From NCBI RefSeq assembly GCF_048593235.1, contig NC_133619.1:448163644-448198353 (forward strand): DNA of 34,710 bases, written 5' to 3'. This document shows positions 1 to 10,844 of the stretch, piece by piece (positions within the stretch are counted from its first letter, which is position 1; each line of letters opens with the position of its first letter). The stretch is from Sminthopsis crassicaudata (Eukaryota). The translations under genes were made by a program, and so were the position numbers. Under the pieces are notes generated by a model. That model searched no databases. It was not told where the DNA came from and was given only the letters and a program-made list of their open reading frames with translations.

Positions 1-118
1 CTAGGCCTTCACTCCAAGTGAAGTGACTTGCCCACCATCACACAAGTTAAATGAGGAAGATGAACTAATGTCCTCTGACTCTAGGTCAAATATTTTTTTC
101 TAAACCATCATGCTGCTT
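1..118 (-). mobile_element. MIR-family CORE-SINE fragment
   Basis: aagtgacttgcccaccatcacacaag and ctctgactctagg...aaaccatcatgctgct match the reverse complement of the MIR core and head. Confidence 0.7.
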
Positions 119-583
119 ACTCACTTTTTATTTTGGGACAAAAGTGTCTTGAGATTGCTGAACCTTGCACTAGAAATATAACCAAACCAAGTTATGACTG
201 AACATGATAGATTCTCAAATCAGTATATATAGTAATGCCCCACTTATTTAGTGGGCAGGTTCTTGGCAACCTCGTTGATTCGTAAAGCAGCCAGGAATAA
301 GAAGTAAGCCAAAAAGATTGAGAAAATTGTTGTTTAAAAAGTCATATTTCTCATAAGAGAGATAGAGAGCCAAGTTAAGATCCTACTCCAGTGACTTCCT
401 TACTTAGATTACCATATAAAATATGTTTAACATGCTCAAAATGGAGTTCCAAGGGCACTTAAAGTATCAACAAATATCAACTAGACAAGTAGAAAGGGGA
501 AAAAATAAACAGTAATTCTAGGCCATTTAATATAAAGACAAAAATTACTATTTTCAATAGCCCCCTAAAAGTATTAAATATGT

Positions 584-631
584 TATTGAGATTAACTGAT
601 GTTCAAATATTGAGATTAACTGATGTTCAAA
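584..631. repeat. Perfect 24-bp tandem duplication (2 copies)
   Basis: tattgagattaactgatgttcaaa at 584-607 and 608-631. Confidence 0.95.
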
Positions 632-1204
632 ATGACAGTTCAGTCATAAAAAAATTTAAACTCTGACTAGCTTTCTGTGTTCAAAAATACATGGTGATAA
701 TGTATAGCAAATTTTAGAACACTAAAAATGCTCACAATCTTTAATTATCTGGTAAATTCATTCCAAATGAATTTTATCAGTTCATGAAAATTACAATCTA
801 CTAATGTTCTCCTTTTCTTTGCCTCACCATGACATGGCCCTAAATTCTTACAGACTATGCCAACAAAGAAAATTTTGGAAAGATTGAATATGAAGACAGT
901 TATAAGCTCTTTGTTTATTATCACCACTAAGTAGAAAAGAATAGTAAGGCTATAGATAAGTCATGTTTTCTGGGTACCAGGAAATGTAAAGTTATGATCT
1001 ACATGGTAGAAATATTACCTGTAGAGATCTCTTAAAATATTGATAAAGTTGCAAATCATAACAGGCTAAAACTTATTTAACATATATATTTATCTTTTGA
1101 TGGGACCACATAAAAATATGGTCAATTTTATTACATCCTCAACATCTGGACCTTCCAAATGTGCACTAGCATAAATATATAATTCATTATTCTAGAATTA
1201 GTAT

Positions 1205-1410
1205 GCTATTAGTGGAAAGAACACTGGACTTGTAGTCACAAATGACTTGGTTTTGAAGCTTGTCTCTAACATTTACTCTATAATCCTTCATCTCTGTTTT
1301 CTCATCTGTAAAATGAGGACAATCATATTTATACTATCCATATTTCACAGGGCTATTGTGAAGAAAGTTCTTTGTATATCTCTTAAACTGCTACATAAAT
1401 TAATATTTTT
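1205..1410 (+). mobile_element. MIR-family SINE, marsupial-type tail
   Basis: gtggaaagaacactggactt head, ttttctcatctgtaaaatgagg core, cacagggctattgtgaagaaagttctttgta tail. Confidence 0.85.
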
Positions 1411-2599
1411 TAATTAAACTTGTGCATTATAATACAATAAATTATACTTTTGATGCCTTCCTTTAGATAATATAAAGCTTGGATTTGTCATATTTTTCAC
1501 AAAAGTATATGCTGACCTACATTTCTTTACCTCTTTTTCATTCTGTATAGCCCCTTGAGTAAAACTGATATGAAATGATAGAAACCTGAAAAGCAAGGGC
1601 ATAGAAACAAGCTTTGCTTGGGGATGTAAAGAACTGGAAGAATTAGTTCCCTGAAAATAAAAAAATACACACTCTACTTGCCAGTTTTTCCATCATTGTG
1701 CTTTTATAGTGTGGTCTGGTTAAATTATTTTGTTTTTTGAAGGATGGAATGGATAAATTTGTTGTGGGTTAATACAGGTTCAAAAGAATCACATTTTTAG
1801 CATTTTATTTATCATTTGATTTTTTGCCTTATTTTCTTCTTCCCTCCCTCCTCTGCCCCCCAATTTTGTAGGTACCAGTGAGCTGTTCAGAAAAAAATAG
1901 TCAAATGGAAAAAAATATTTTACACAGACTTTGAGAAGGATTAAGTGGGTTGCAGGTTAGACTATGTCATGTAATGTTAGATTGAGTGAGTGTCACGTCA
2001 CCTTTGTGGTGCCACTTTTTTTCCAAGGTTCTGACAGGGTAACTAGTTTCAAATGATGGCAAAGACAGACAGGTAGTCAGATAGTAAGACAAGTTATCTT
2101 TGAAAAATAATCTTAAAGATTTCCAAATGCATTATACTTGCCCCGCTTCAGTATGATCTATAATCTGTTCCTCTAATACAACAGTTGCAAAAAAATAGAA
2201 GATTTTACATTAGAAAATTCTCTTGGAATCAAGCTGCATAATTTAAAAAAAATTCACACAATTTTTGGGAAAACAAAAACAAAGCCTCTATTTCTTTTTA
2301 AGGTAATAAAAACTGATAGCCCCTGTGCCATTTTCTCAGCTCTAAATCTATGATATAATTCTTAGATATATCCAAATGAAAATAAGGTACATTTTTAAAG
2401 TAGAAAAAGTTTGATTTTGGATATTTAACAATTAACATCCAATAACTATTTTCCTATGTTTAGTACACAACTGTAGTTTTAATCTACATCACCAATATTA
2501 TCCATATAAGTTTAGATAATTGGGCCACGAATTTATTACTTATGGAAATGATTTGTGTACTGGAAAGGTGAAGTAAATAGAAAGAATGTCTTAGGAATA

Positions 2600-2745
2600 A
2601 TAAGAACTAGATTCATAATTTACCATATTGGTGGTAGGATCTTGGGCAAATCACTTAACCCCTTTTGCAACTCTTAAGATTATTAATTTCAGGACAGTAG
2701 CTTGTCTGCACTGATAGAGGGAGTTTCCTCACTGCTCCCTAAGGA
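2600..2745 (+). mobile_element. Marsupial CORE-SINE fragment (subfamily name uncertain)
   Basis: gatcttgggcaaatcacttaacc core followed by the tail gcaactcttaagatt...ctgcactgatagagggagtttcctcac; related tails at 12710 and 19005. Confidence 0.75.
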
Positions 2746-2951
2746 AAGACAGATTCAGCATCCTACTTTCCAGTCCTCTCCCCCTACACAAATTATAACT
2801 TTTTTTTTTTTTTACAATGCAACAAACAAATCCAAGATTTAGAAGGAATTTACACTGAAACACAAATTACCCAAGATATTCAGGCAAGAAATTTGCACTT
2901 GCATATACAGACTTCCTGTCATTCATGACATCTTAACAATTTCAGATATAA

Positions 2952-2990
2952 ATAGATGATAGATAGATGATAGATAGGTGATAGATGATA
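2952..2990. repeat. Degenerate (GATA)n microsatellite
   Basis: atagatgatagatagatgatagataggtgatagatgata. Confidence 0.85.
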
Positions 2991-4226
2991 ATGTAGATGT
3001 AATATCACATTTTCTCAAGAATCAGAATGAGCTCCTGCCCTCCCCCCTCATCCCACCCTCCCCACAGTGTTTTTATTATTTATTGGGGAGCTTGATGTGG
3101 TGGCAATTCCATTTACATGGCTAATGGAATGGGACAGCCTAAGTGAATTTTTATTCACATTCATTCACAGTCCTCCCACACATCCCACCCCAGAGGCACA
3201 CAGGCACAAAGACAGGTAGAAACTAAATGATCAATAGAGCTACAGATGTTTATGTTCAACACAGAATATTTTTAAATTATTCAAATAGCTAGATTTTTAA
3301 AAATCAAGTTCTTAAAACAGTGGCAAGAAGTGTGTAGATATGGACTATAACTAGAAGCAATTAAGAACCTAGAATACAACACTTTCTTGATTAGACATTA
3401 TTCCAATTTTAGACATATTTCAAACAAAGAGTGCAAAATTTATTTTGACAACAGAATTTCATTGTCCATCCAATACAAGAAAAATTCAAAATATCATTAA
3501 AGTATATTCACTTTTAATATAATTTTTTTGTAGAAAGAGAGAAACTGCATAAGAAAAAACTGGCAGTTTTACTATTTGTTTTCATATTATATAAGATCAG
3601 AAATTAAGTATTTTTTAAGCCAATAGTAGGATCCTGGAAAAAAAAAAGTCGTGATGCCCCAGCAGAGTGATAAAGGATGAGAATCTGGCCCTAAATGGCC
3701 ACCTCACACTGTGTTCCATAAATATCTGACATAATTGTCCTTCACAACTTTAAAAGCTGCCCCTCTCTGTTAATTCCCATTTATTTAAAACAACACACAC
3801 ACACAGAGAAAACTAAATCATCAGGTCTCAGCCATTACTCTCTTTTCTATGTTGGAGACAAATTTACATATATATGTGTGTGTGTACATTTGCTATCTGC
3901 ATGCATAACATCTTTAAATATATTATGCAAATAAAGAAACAAGTAGAAATTATTTCATGACTAAGACATTATTATTGCTACTTCACTTTTTCTCTACAAA
4001 TCCACCCCCACCCCCACCAACCATTACAAACGGAAGCAAACTGACAGAAGTGAGAATACTGTTTTCTATTGCCAATATTATCACTGATGGCCTCATGTGG
4101 TCTTAATTTATACTGACATAGTAACTGTACTTAGATTACTCTGTCTAGAAAACAGCTTATTAAGTTACATACTTTAAAATTGAATTGAAGGGAGGAAATT
4201 CCTAAAATGCTTTCATGAAGCATTAC

Positions 4227-4253
4227 ATACACACACACACACACACACACACA
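4227..4253. repeat. (CA)n microsatellite
   Basis: Direct reading. Confidence 0.95.
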
Positions 4254-5199
4254 TTTCTAGGCTTATTTGTTCATTACAGTGAAATTAACATGCTATAAGA
4301 CTGTTATACTTAAACCCACTTTGATAAAGGGAGTCAGTAACTATAGCATTTATTCTGGTGGTAATCACTTTGCAATCTAAGCAGATATTTCAACTGAATA
4401 GGAAGAATCACAGGAAGTTTAACATGTTGATCTCATAACAATACAGGTTTAAAATTAGTCAAGTAAACTAGAATCAGAAAATCAAAATAAAGACATGCAG
4501 AATTTTTAAACAGCCAAATATGAAATGAAAAAAACAACTTTCAAAACAAAAATTTTATTTTTAGCAATCCTTAATCTTTTTCTAGTATTTAAATTTAAAA
4601 ACAACAACAACAACAAAAACCAAACACTATCCATCAATAAACAAACCCCAGTTATATCACAAATATCTTGGTCAAGAAGAGAATTTTTTATTTTAATTTT
4701 AAAACATCTCCTAAGAGCTGGAGGAATTGGGCTGAGATATTTACCTACCTGTTCCAGGTACGAAGTATTTAGAAACGTGACATTATTCTGGGACGGAAAG
4801 CCTGATTTAATATTCTCATTCAACCAGCTACATCCAGACAAAATGCCGTTCAGTGGCCTTAGCCATTGTGTTTCTAATTACAAAAGCCAGAAAACGGTTT
4901 ATGTGCACTGGAGACTAAAACAATTCAGTCTCAGCAGAAATCCGAAAACCCCAAAACAGCTTCTAAAAAAGTGCGGCGGCTCTCACGCAAACCCACGCCT
5001 ATCACAAATAAAATCAGGCACTATGTGCAGTAACGCCTCGCTGTACCTGTGTACCCGCTCCACTCCTGCATGGATCCTGGGCAATCTGGGCAGCCAACCC
5101 CACTTCATTTAACTCCGCTCCTGCCTGCTAAAGATTGCTGCAGAACCGACTAGATTTTTTCATTTTTTCATTCAACTGTTCCAGCCTTCTAGCAGCCTG

Positions 5200-5212
5200 T
5201 GACCTTTGAACT
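5200..5212 (-). promoter_or_regulatory. Nuclear-receptor DR1 element (HNF4/COUP-TF/PPAR-RXR type)
   Basis: TGACCT-T-TGAACT, which reads AGTTCA-A-AGGTCA on the minus strand. Confidence 0.55.
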
Positions 5213-5260
5213 CATTTCTGCCTCCCTCCCTTCTGCAGTCAAAGCTACTGTGCTGCTCTC

Positions 5261-5268
5261 ATTTGCAT
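5261..5268. promoter_or_regulatory. POU octamer motif
   Basis: Exact ATTTGCAT in ctcATTTGCATaa. Confidence 0.5.
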
Positions 5269-6539
5269 AAGGCTGGGGAAGGCCTGCCAGGAGCTGAAAT
5301 GGAATGCTGGGTAAGAAATTGTAGAGTTGCGGTTCAGCCAGAATACCTGAATCACTGGAGAGCCTATAGAAAATGGGCACCCATTTTATCGGGCTGTCAA
5401 AAATCATGCTTTCCCCTAATGTTGATTAAGGGATAAACGTTTTTAAATTCTTTATTTGCAGACCCCCTAGGATCACCCCCAAACAAAGTCTAGCTGTAGC
5501 AGCTGTGGTTTCCAAGGAAACCAAAATAGTCAAATACTTCATTTAAATACATGGGTAGACCGATTTAAAATTCTCGTCAACTTCTGTTTTTTGGAAATGC
5601 AATTAGCTTTTTTTTTTTTCTCTAAAAAATGAACAGCACTGTGGACAGAAATAATATTGTACATGAAAGATTTATCTTGTGTTTTTGTTTTAAAAGGCCT
5701 GACTTCATTCTGCTTCCTTTCACATTTACTAGAATAAATGATTATCAATTCCTGTGCAAATATAATAAGCAGCTATTTTAGCAACATGCAAAATATGTGC
5801 TTCAATCTAAAGGCTAATATTAATCAAATATGGGTATCATGAAAATAATTTCTAAAGCAAAAAAAAAAAAAAGCAAATGAAAATGAAACAATTTTAAGTC
5901 CACATTACATAGTAATGAAGGTACAATGTTAAGTTAAATTATTGCTTAAATAATAAAATTCTAGGGACGCAAATGAAGATGCTTATTTTCCTTTGGAAAT
6001 ATGATTAAAACTATTTTATTATCCACTGGTGATAACCTTCCCGTCTCAAACACTGAACTTCTCAGATGCTCAGAGACCGAGGAAATAAGAAATGTGGTTA
6101 TTCCAGATATAGATGCTCATGTGCAAAAGTGGATCATAAACACATTTTGCCATTCTTATGGTAAATCAATGGGAAAATACCTTTCTCACATAATTTAATC
6201 ATTTCTCCCTTTAAATTAAGCTAATTTGTTTGAAGATGTGGAGCAATTTATATGAAGGAAGGTTTTTATAATTCCCAAATTATTAAAAGATCTTATAATT
6301 AAATAACAAAAATGCATAAATGAAATGAATACAACCTTTTAAAAGGTTTAAATGGCAAACATGTTGCTCTAATAGGCAGTTGGAATCATGACATTTTCAA
6401 AATAATGCCTTAGTTGTATGGGGAAAATATTTACTATTTTAAAAATCAAATATCCAAATAAAGGAAAACTCTAAAGATAAATCTTTGATTTATATAGCAC
6501 CTTATTCCTTAGAAATTTAAATTAATAGCACCAAAATAC

Positions 6540-6665
6540 TTGTGTGTATGTTTATATCTGTATGTTATATATCTACATAATCCACATATTGTACTGCTAA
6601 GCAATTTTATATATATATGTGTGTGTGTGTGTATATATGTATATATATATATATGTATATATATT
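6540..6665. repeat. Compound (TA)n/(TG)n microsatellite
   Basis: Direct reading. Confidence 0.9.
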
Positions 6666-6837
6666 TAACTCCAAGAAGAAAAATTGGATTTAAACCTTTT
6701 ATTTGATCTCTACATAGCTATTATTTTATATTATTTCTGTCTGGACAGATTTTTCTAAATCTACACATGGATTTAATTTGTATTCACCTTCTAAATTTAT
6801 GATGCCTTAAATAACTTTTTTGGGGTATAGTATAATT

Positions 6838-6885
6838 CTCTCCTCTCTCTCTCACTGTCTGTCTGTCTGTCTCTCTCTCTTTTTT

Positions 6886-6916
<31 letters not shown>

Positions 6917-6945
6917 GACATACATACACACAAACATACGCACAT
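6838..6945. repeat. Compound (CT)n/(CTGT)n/(CA)n microsatellite
   Basis: Direct reading. Confidence 0.9.
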
Positions 6946-8943
6946 TTCTAACAAATATGATTACATCAACAATTTTTCCAGTGTTGGATCAATTCATGTG
7001 CATCAGTCATCCTATATACTACAAATATCTTACATGCAAAGTTTTTTTTTTTAAAAGAAACATTCACACAACACTATCCTCATTTAAATTCAATCAAATA
7101 TTAAAAAAATGTTTGAATAATCCATAAAATAACTGACCTGTTCAAATTGTAGTAGTCCTAGTCCATGTACTGTTTATTAGAGTCCAAAATACATTGACTA
7201 TCATTTTATAATATGTGCCATCATCACCAAAGACACTGTCTTCCTGGTTCCAGCGGAATCTTCTTAAATTTCCCAGCACTGTGTTTTATTGCTGGTACCA
7301 TATGCTTTATTGTTCAGGGACAAGAGCTTCACTCTGCACAAAGACTCATTACCTACTGCTTGCTGAACAGCTTCAGTCTCACTGAGTCTGCCTACATGTG
7401 ATCACATGGGAGTTTTGTCTGAGAGAACTAGGCAGGCCACTGATTTCACTGTGTCTATGGATATTTTTATCAGCTGAGAACTACTATGAGGAAGGAATAA
7501 CAAATTATGAAGCTGCTTTAAGTCATTAATGCAGCACAAATTATGGAAATCCCTTCACAACATTTTTTTATTATTACAGAAAATGTTTCAGCTGGAATTC
7601 AAAAGAATTTAACTAAATTTTATTTTAATAAAAGGCTTCATAGTAGTTAAAGGGGATTGTGGGGGAACTATCATAATGCACTATATTGTTTTCTGTTCTC
7701 TAAAAGCATTTCTACATTAATGCAATAAAGGAATGTTGTTTCCACTATTAAACATATTGCCGGTATTTATATTTGTATAATGCAAAGCTTTCTAGAAATG
7801 TTTTCCATAAAAAACTCCTTAATGAAAACCTTCATTAATCAAGAAATTATGTATATGTATTATCTGTTGTATGTATACACATAAACTTTATATACAGCTT
7901 CTGAGAAAACAGGTAATAGTGTGGCAATTTTTATAGATGAATAAAAGAACTTCATCATTAACTAATAAACCAAGGTCTCCCTGAAAAGGGCAATTCCTAA
8001 AGAATGATTACATTTTAAAAGAAAACCTCATTTAATGAGCTGACACATGGTTAATATCAGTTCTTAAAACTGCAGTGATTTATTTCAGACTGGATATTTC
8101 CTACCTCTACAAAGCATATGGCACTCCTTATCTGATTTCAATTTTAACAAGTGGTTTTTCATGATGATTACCCGATATTTACAGAAACCTAATGCTTCAT
8201 AAATATTAAATTAACATTAAATTGTCTTTCCAAGCCCATAAAGGGTTAATTAATTCTAGTTGTTTCCACAATTTTGAAAAATGGAGACACCAAACCAAAA
8301 TATGATTTTTTAAGTCACATTGCACTCAATGAAAATATTAATAAACAAATAACAAAACCATTTCTTATCCCTTTCAAAATCTCCCTAAATTGAATTGGTA
8401 ATTGACAGCTTGTTGCTTATTAAGCTCAGCAAAAATCATGTGACAAACATAAGCTGAAGTGCAACAAAAGCTAGAGCCTCTACTTCTTAATGAGAATAAA
8501 AACCCAGTCAGCATCATGATTCAGGATCAAAGACCACATTACCTCTGTGTTTAGTTAAGTAAAAAAGAGTCTGTTCTTTAACATATATTTGTAAACGTGT
8601 TTATAAAGCATGCAATAATTAATCCAGAAAAGAATGATCTCAACTTGTTTAGACTTTAGGATTAAGCCTTCCTATTAACACCAAATTGTGTTCTGGAAAT
8701 TATGTCCAATTTTCTCACCAGATTTTAGGTATCATCCAGATTTTTAAAATTTTTTGAAGTTCAAAATAGTCAAAGGATATTAATAAAATTGTCTGAAGTA
8801 ATAATGCCTTATCAACTTTGTTTACAATATTACTAAAGAATACAATTAAGGTTACAATGCCTATGCTTTACCTCCTCTTCAATTTGTTTGGGGCTTTTTC
8901 CTTCTGATGCTAAAAGTATTTTAAAATATTTTAAAATGCCATT

Positions 8944-8945
<2 letters not shown>

Positions 8946-9001
<56 letters not shown>
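8946..9001. repeat. (TG)28 microsatellite
   Basis: Uninterrupted TG run; accounts for the CV repeat in ORF 8888..9085. Confidence 0.97.
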
Positions 9002-9003
<2 letters not shown>

Positions 9004-9574
9004 GTCTCACCAAAAATATTTATATACATTATTTTTTTGTTTACCCATTGCTAAAGCTGTTATAAATCCTCTAGTTACCATATAAGAAAAAATTATGTTC
9101 CAAGCTTATTAGTATATTTGAGTTTTTAAAGATATATACATTCTGGCTAATATCACTGATGATGTCATCATGCTAATGTACAGGGAAATAAACAAAAGGC
9201 AGCCATTTTTTTTTCTACTGCAGCACTTCAAAAACAGTGACATGAAATGCTTGCCAAATGGAAGGAAAGGATTAGCAAAAAATAAAGTTATTTCCAAGTT
9301 CTTAGAGTTGGTGTTGGAAAAAAACACATCTCTGTATAGTTTATTTTATATAGATCATGTATATTTATATGTGTATGTGTGTGGATAAGAAAAGAAATTA
9401 GCGATAAGAAAATAATACAGGTATCAAGAATATAAATCATATACTAAAAAAGCCAGTTATCAAGGAAATATTGTTTCCACAAAGAGGAGATTACAGACAG
9501 CAATACTAGCATTATAAATGGGAATAGTCAGTCTGTCAAATTCACTGATGTTGAAAAAGGTGTTTCAAAATAGG

Positions 9575-9720
9575 TAGCAGTATATGAACTAAGAGCTAGA
9601 AGAAGCAGGGCAAATGATGAAACTATAATTCTCTTCCCAATTCTAGCACTGACTCATATAACCTTGGACAAGCTATTTCAACATTGTGCCAAAGTTTCTA
9701 TATCTGTAAAATAGGAACAC
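9575..9720 (+). mobile_element. Degenerate MIR
   Basis: tataaccttggacaagctattt...aagtttctatatctgtaaaatagg core. Confidence 0.6.
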
Positions 9721-9904
9721 AAAATTGTTTGGAAAGTATGGCATGGAAATGCATCTTAATATTTTTATCTTTTAGTACCTTGGTTTTTTTGGGTACCATG
9801 ATCAGTACTGAGGAAAATAAGAAAAATGAATCTGGAATCAGACCATTTTAAAAGAGATTTTACATAACTTTTGTAAAAGCACTGTTCAACAGGCAGAATA
9901 GGGA

Positions 9905-10085
9905 TATAGAACAATAGATTCTAAAGGAAACGGACAGATCATTTATTCTAACCCTTCACTTTTGCAGATGAGGAAACTGAGATCTGCAGGATGTGAACAC
10001 ACTTGACCAAAGTAACACTTCCAGTTAATTGCAGTAGCAAAGTCAAAATTAAAACCCAAGTCTCTAATGCTCTTTCCACTTTGCG
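9905..10085 (-). mobile_element. MIR3-like SINE
   Basis: gatcatttattctaacccttcacttttgcagatgaggaaactgag...cttgaccaaagtaacac...tgctctttccact. Confidence 0.85.
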
Positions 10086-10663
10086 AGATCATTTTTAAAA
10101 AATGCACATATGGAAAATTTGAAATTCAATTCAGGATATGATTTAACACAAATCTGCTAAATTAATGCAAGATTAGAGAAAATTACAAAATATTCATGAT
10201 TCCAATCAAAATTCAAATACAGTATTTCAGCTAGTCGACAAGAGGACTGTAGCGGCATTTCTGATTCTCACATTACATAATGAACAACTGTTCATATTCT
10301 CTTATATAACAGTTTCATCAGCCAAGACTTCTTTAAATTTGAAATGAACAGAGAAACACAAGCTAACAGTTTTAAGAAGAAACTTCCAATTGAAACTAAA
10401 AGAATATTTTAAATGCAATTTATTGTATTAAAAACATAAATTCACAATAGATTTGTTCATCTCTTAGTATTGTCCTCTTCTATTTCTTAAAATCAAAATT
10501 TCTCATCTATGGCAAGGCAACACCAAAGTATATTTTATTTCTGCTTTTGTATTTCCAGAAAATAAATTGGGTTATCTCTAGGCTATCAAATATTCCTGAT
10601 ACCCATCACAGGTAGTGAATCAGTCACAGACCTTTGGCAAATTGATGCTACCTCCTTGTTATA

Positions 10664-10778
10664 CTAATTTTAGAATGTAAATTCTTTGAGGGCTCAGACT
10701 GTTTTACATTTTTTACATTTTCAGTGTCTGGCATGATTCCTTGTATAAGAATCATGTAACAAATGTTCTTTGAATTAA
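10664..10778 (+). mobile_element. L2 LINE 3' end
   Basis: tagaatgtaaattctttgagggctcagactg...acaaatgttctttgaattaa matches the L2 terminus. Confidence 0.7.
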
Positions 10779-10844
10779 GGAGGGTTTAGGTTAAACCAAG
10801 AAATGGTATCACATGTGCTTCTAGAACACAAATACTTAATTCAA

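Larger units (their letters stand above)
4749..5310. promoter_or_regulatory. CpG-enriched promoter-like element with candidate divergent non-coding or first exons
   Basis: 15 CpGs in 4761-5150 versus about 7 in the first 4.7 kb; minus-strand donor CAG|GTAGGT (exon end 4749); plus-strand donor TGG|GTAAGA (exon end 5310); DR1 at 5200-5212; octamer at 5261-5268; no TE nearby. Confidence 0.65.

Noticed and set aside
4506-4841. Minus-strand ORF MSGCSWLNEN..., superficially like KChIP N-termini
   Set aside because: It starts at TTG, not ATG, and the similarity is limited to five residues. It runs through the donor into AT-rich intron-like sequence.
4525-5112. 195-aa plus-strand ORF, the longest in the window
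   Set aside because: The N-terminus is K/F/L/I-rich AT-biased sequence with a poly-N run from an (AAC)n repeat. I recognise no domain, and it is better explained by chance plus the GC-richer promoter patch.
10280-10295. Palindrome ATGAACA-ac-TGTTCAT resembling a GRE
   Set aside because: The spacer is 2 nt, not the 3 nt needed by steroid receptors, and a single short palindrome is expected by chance.
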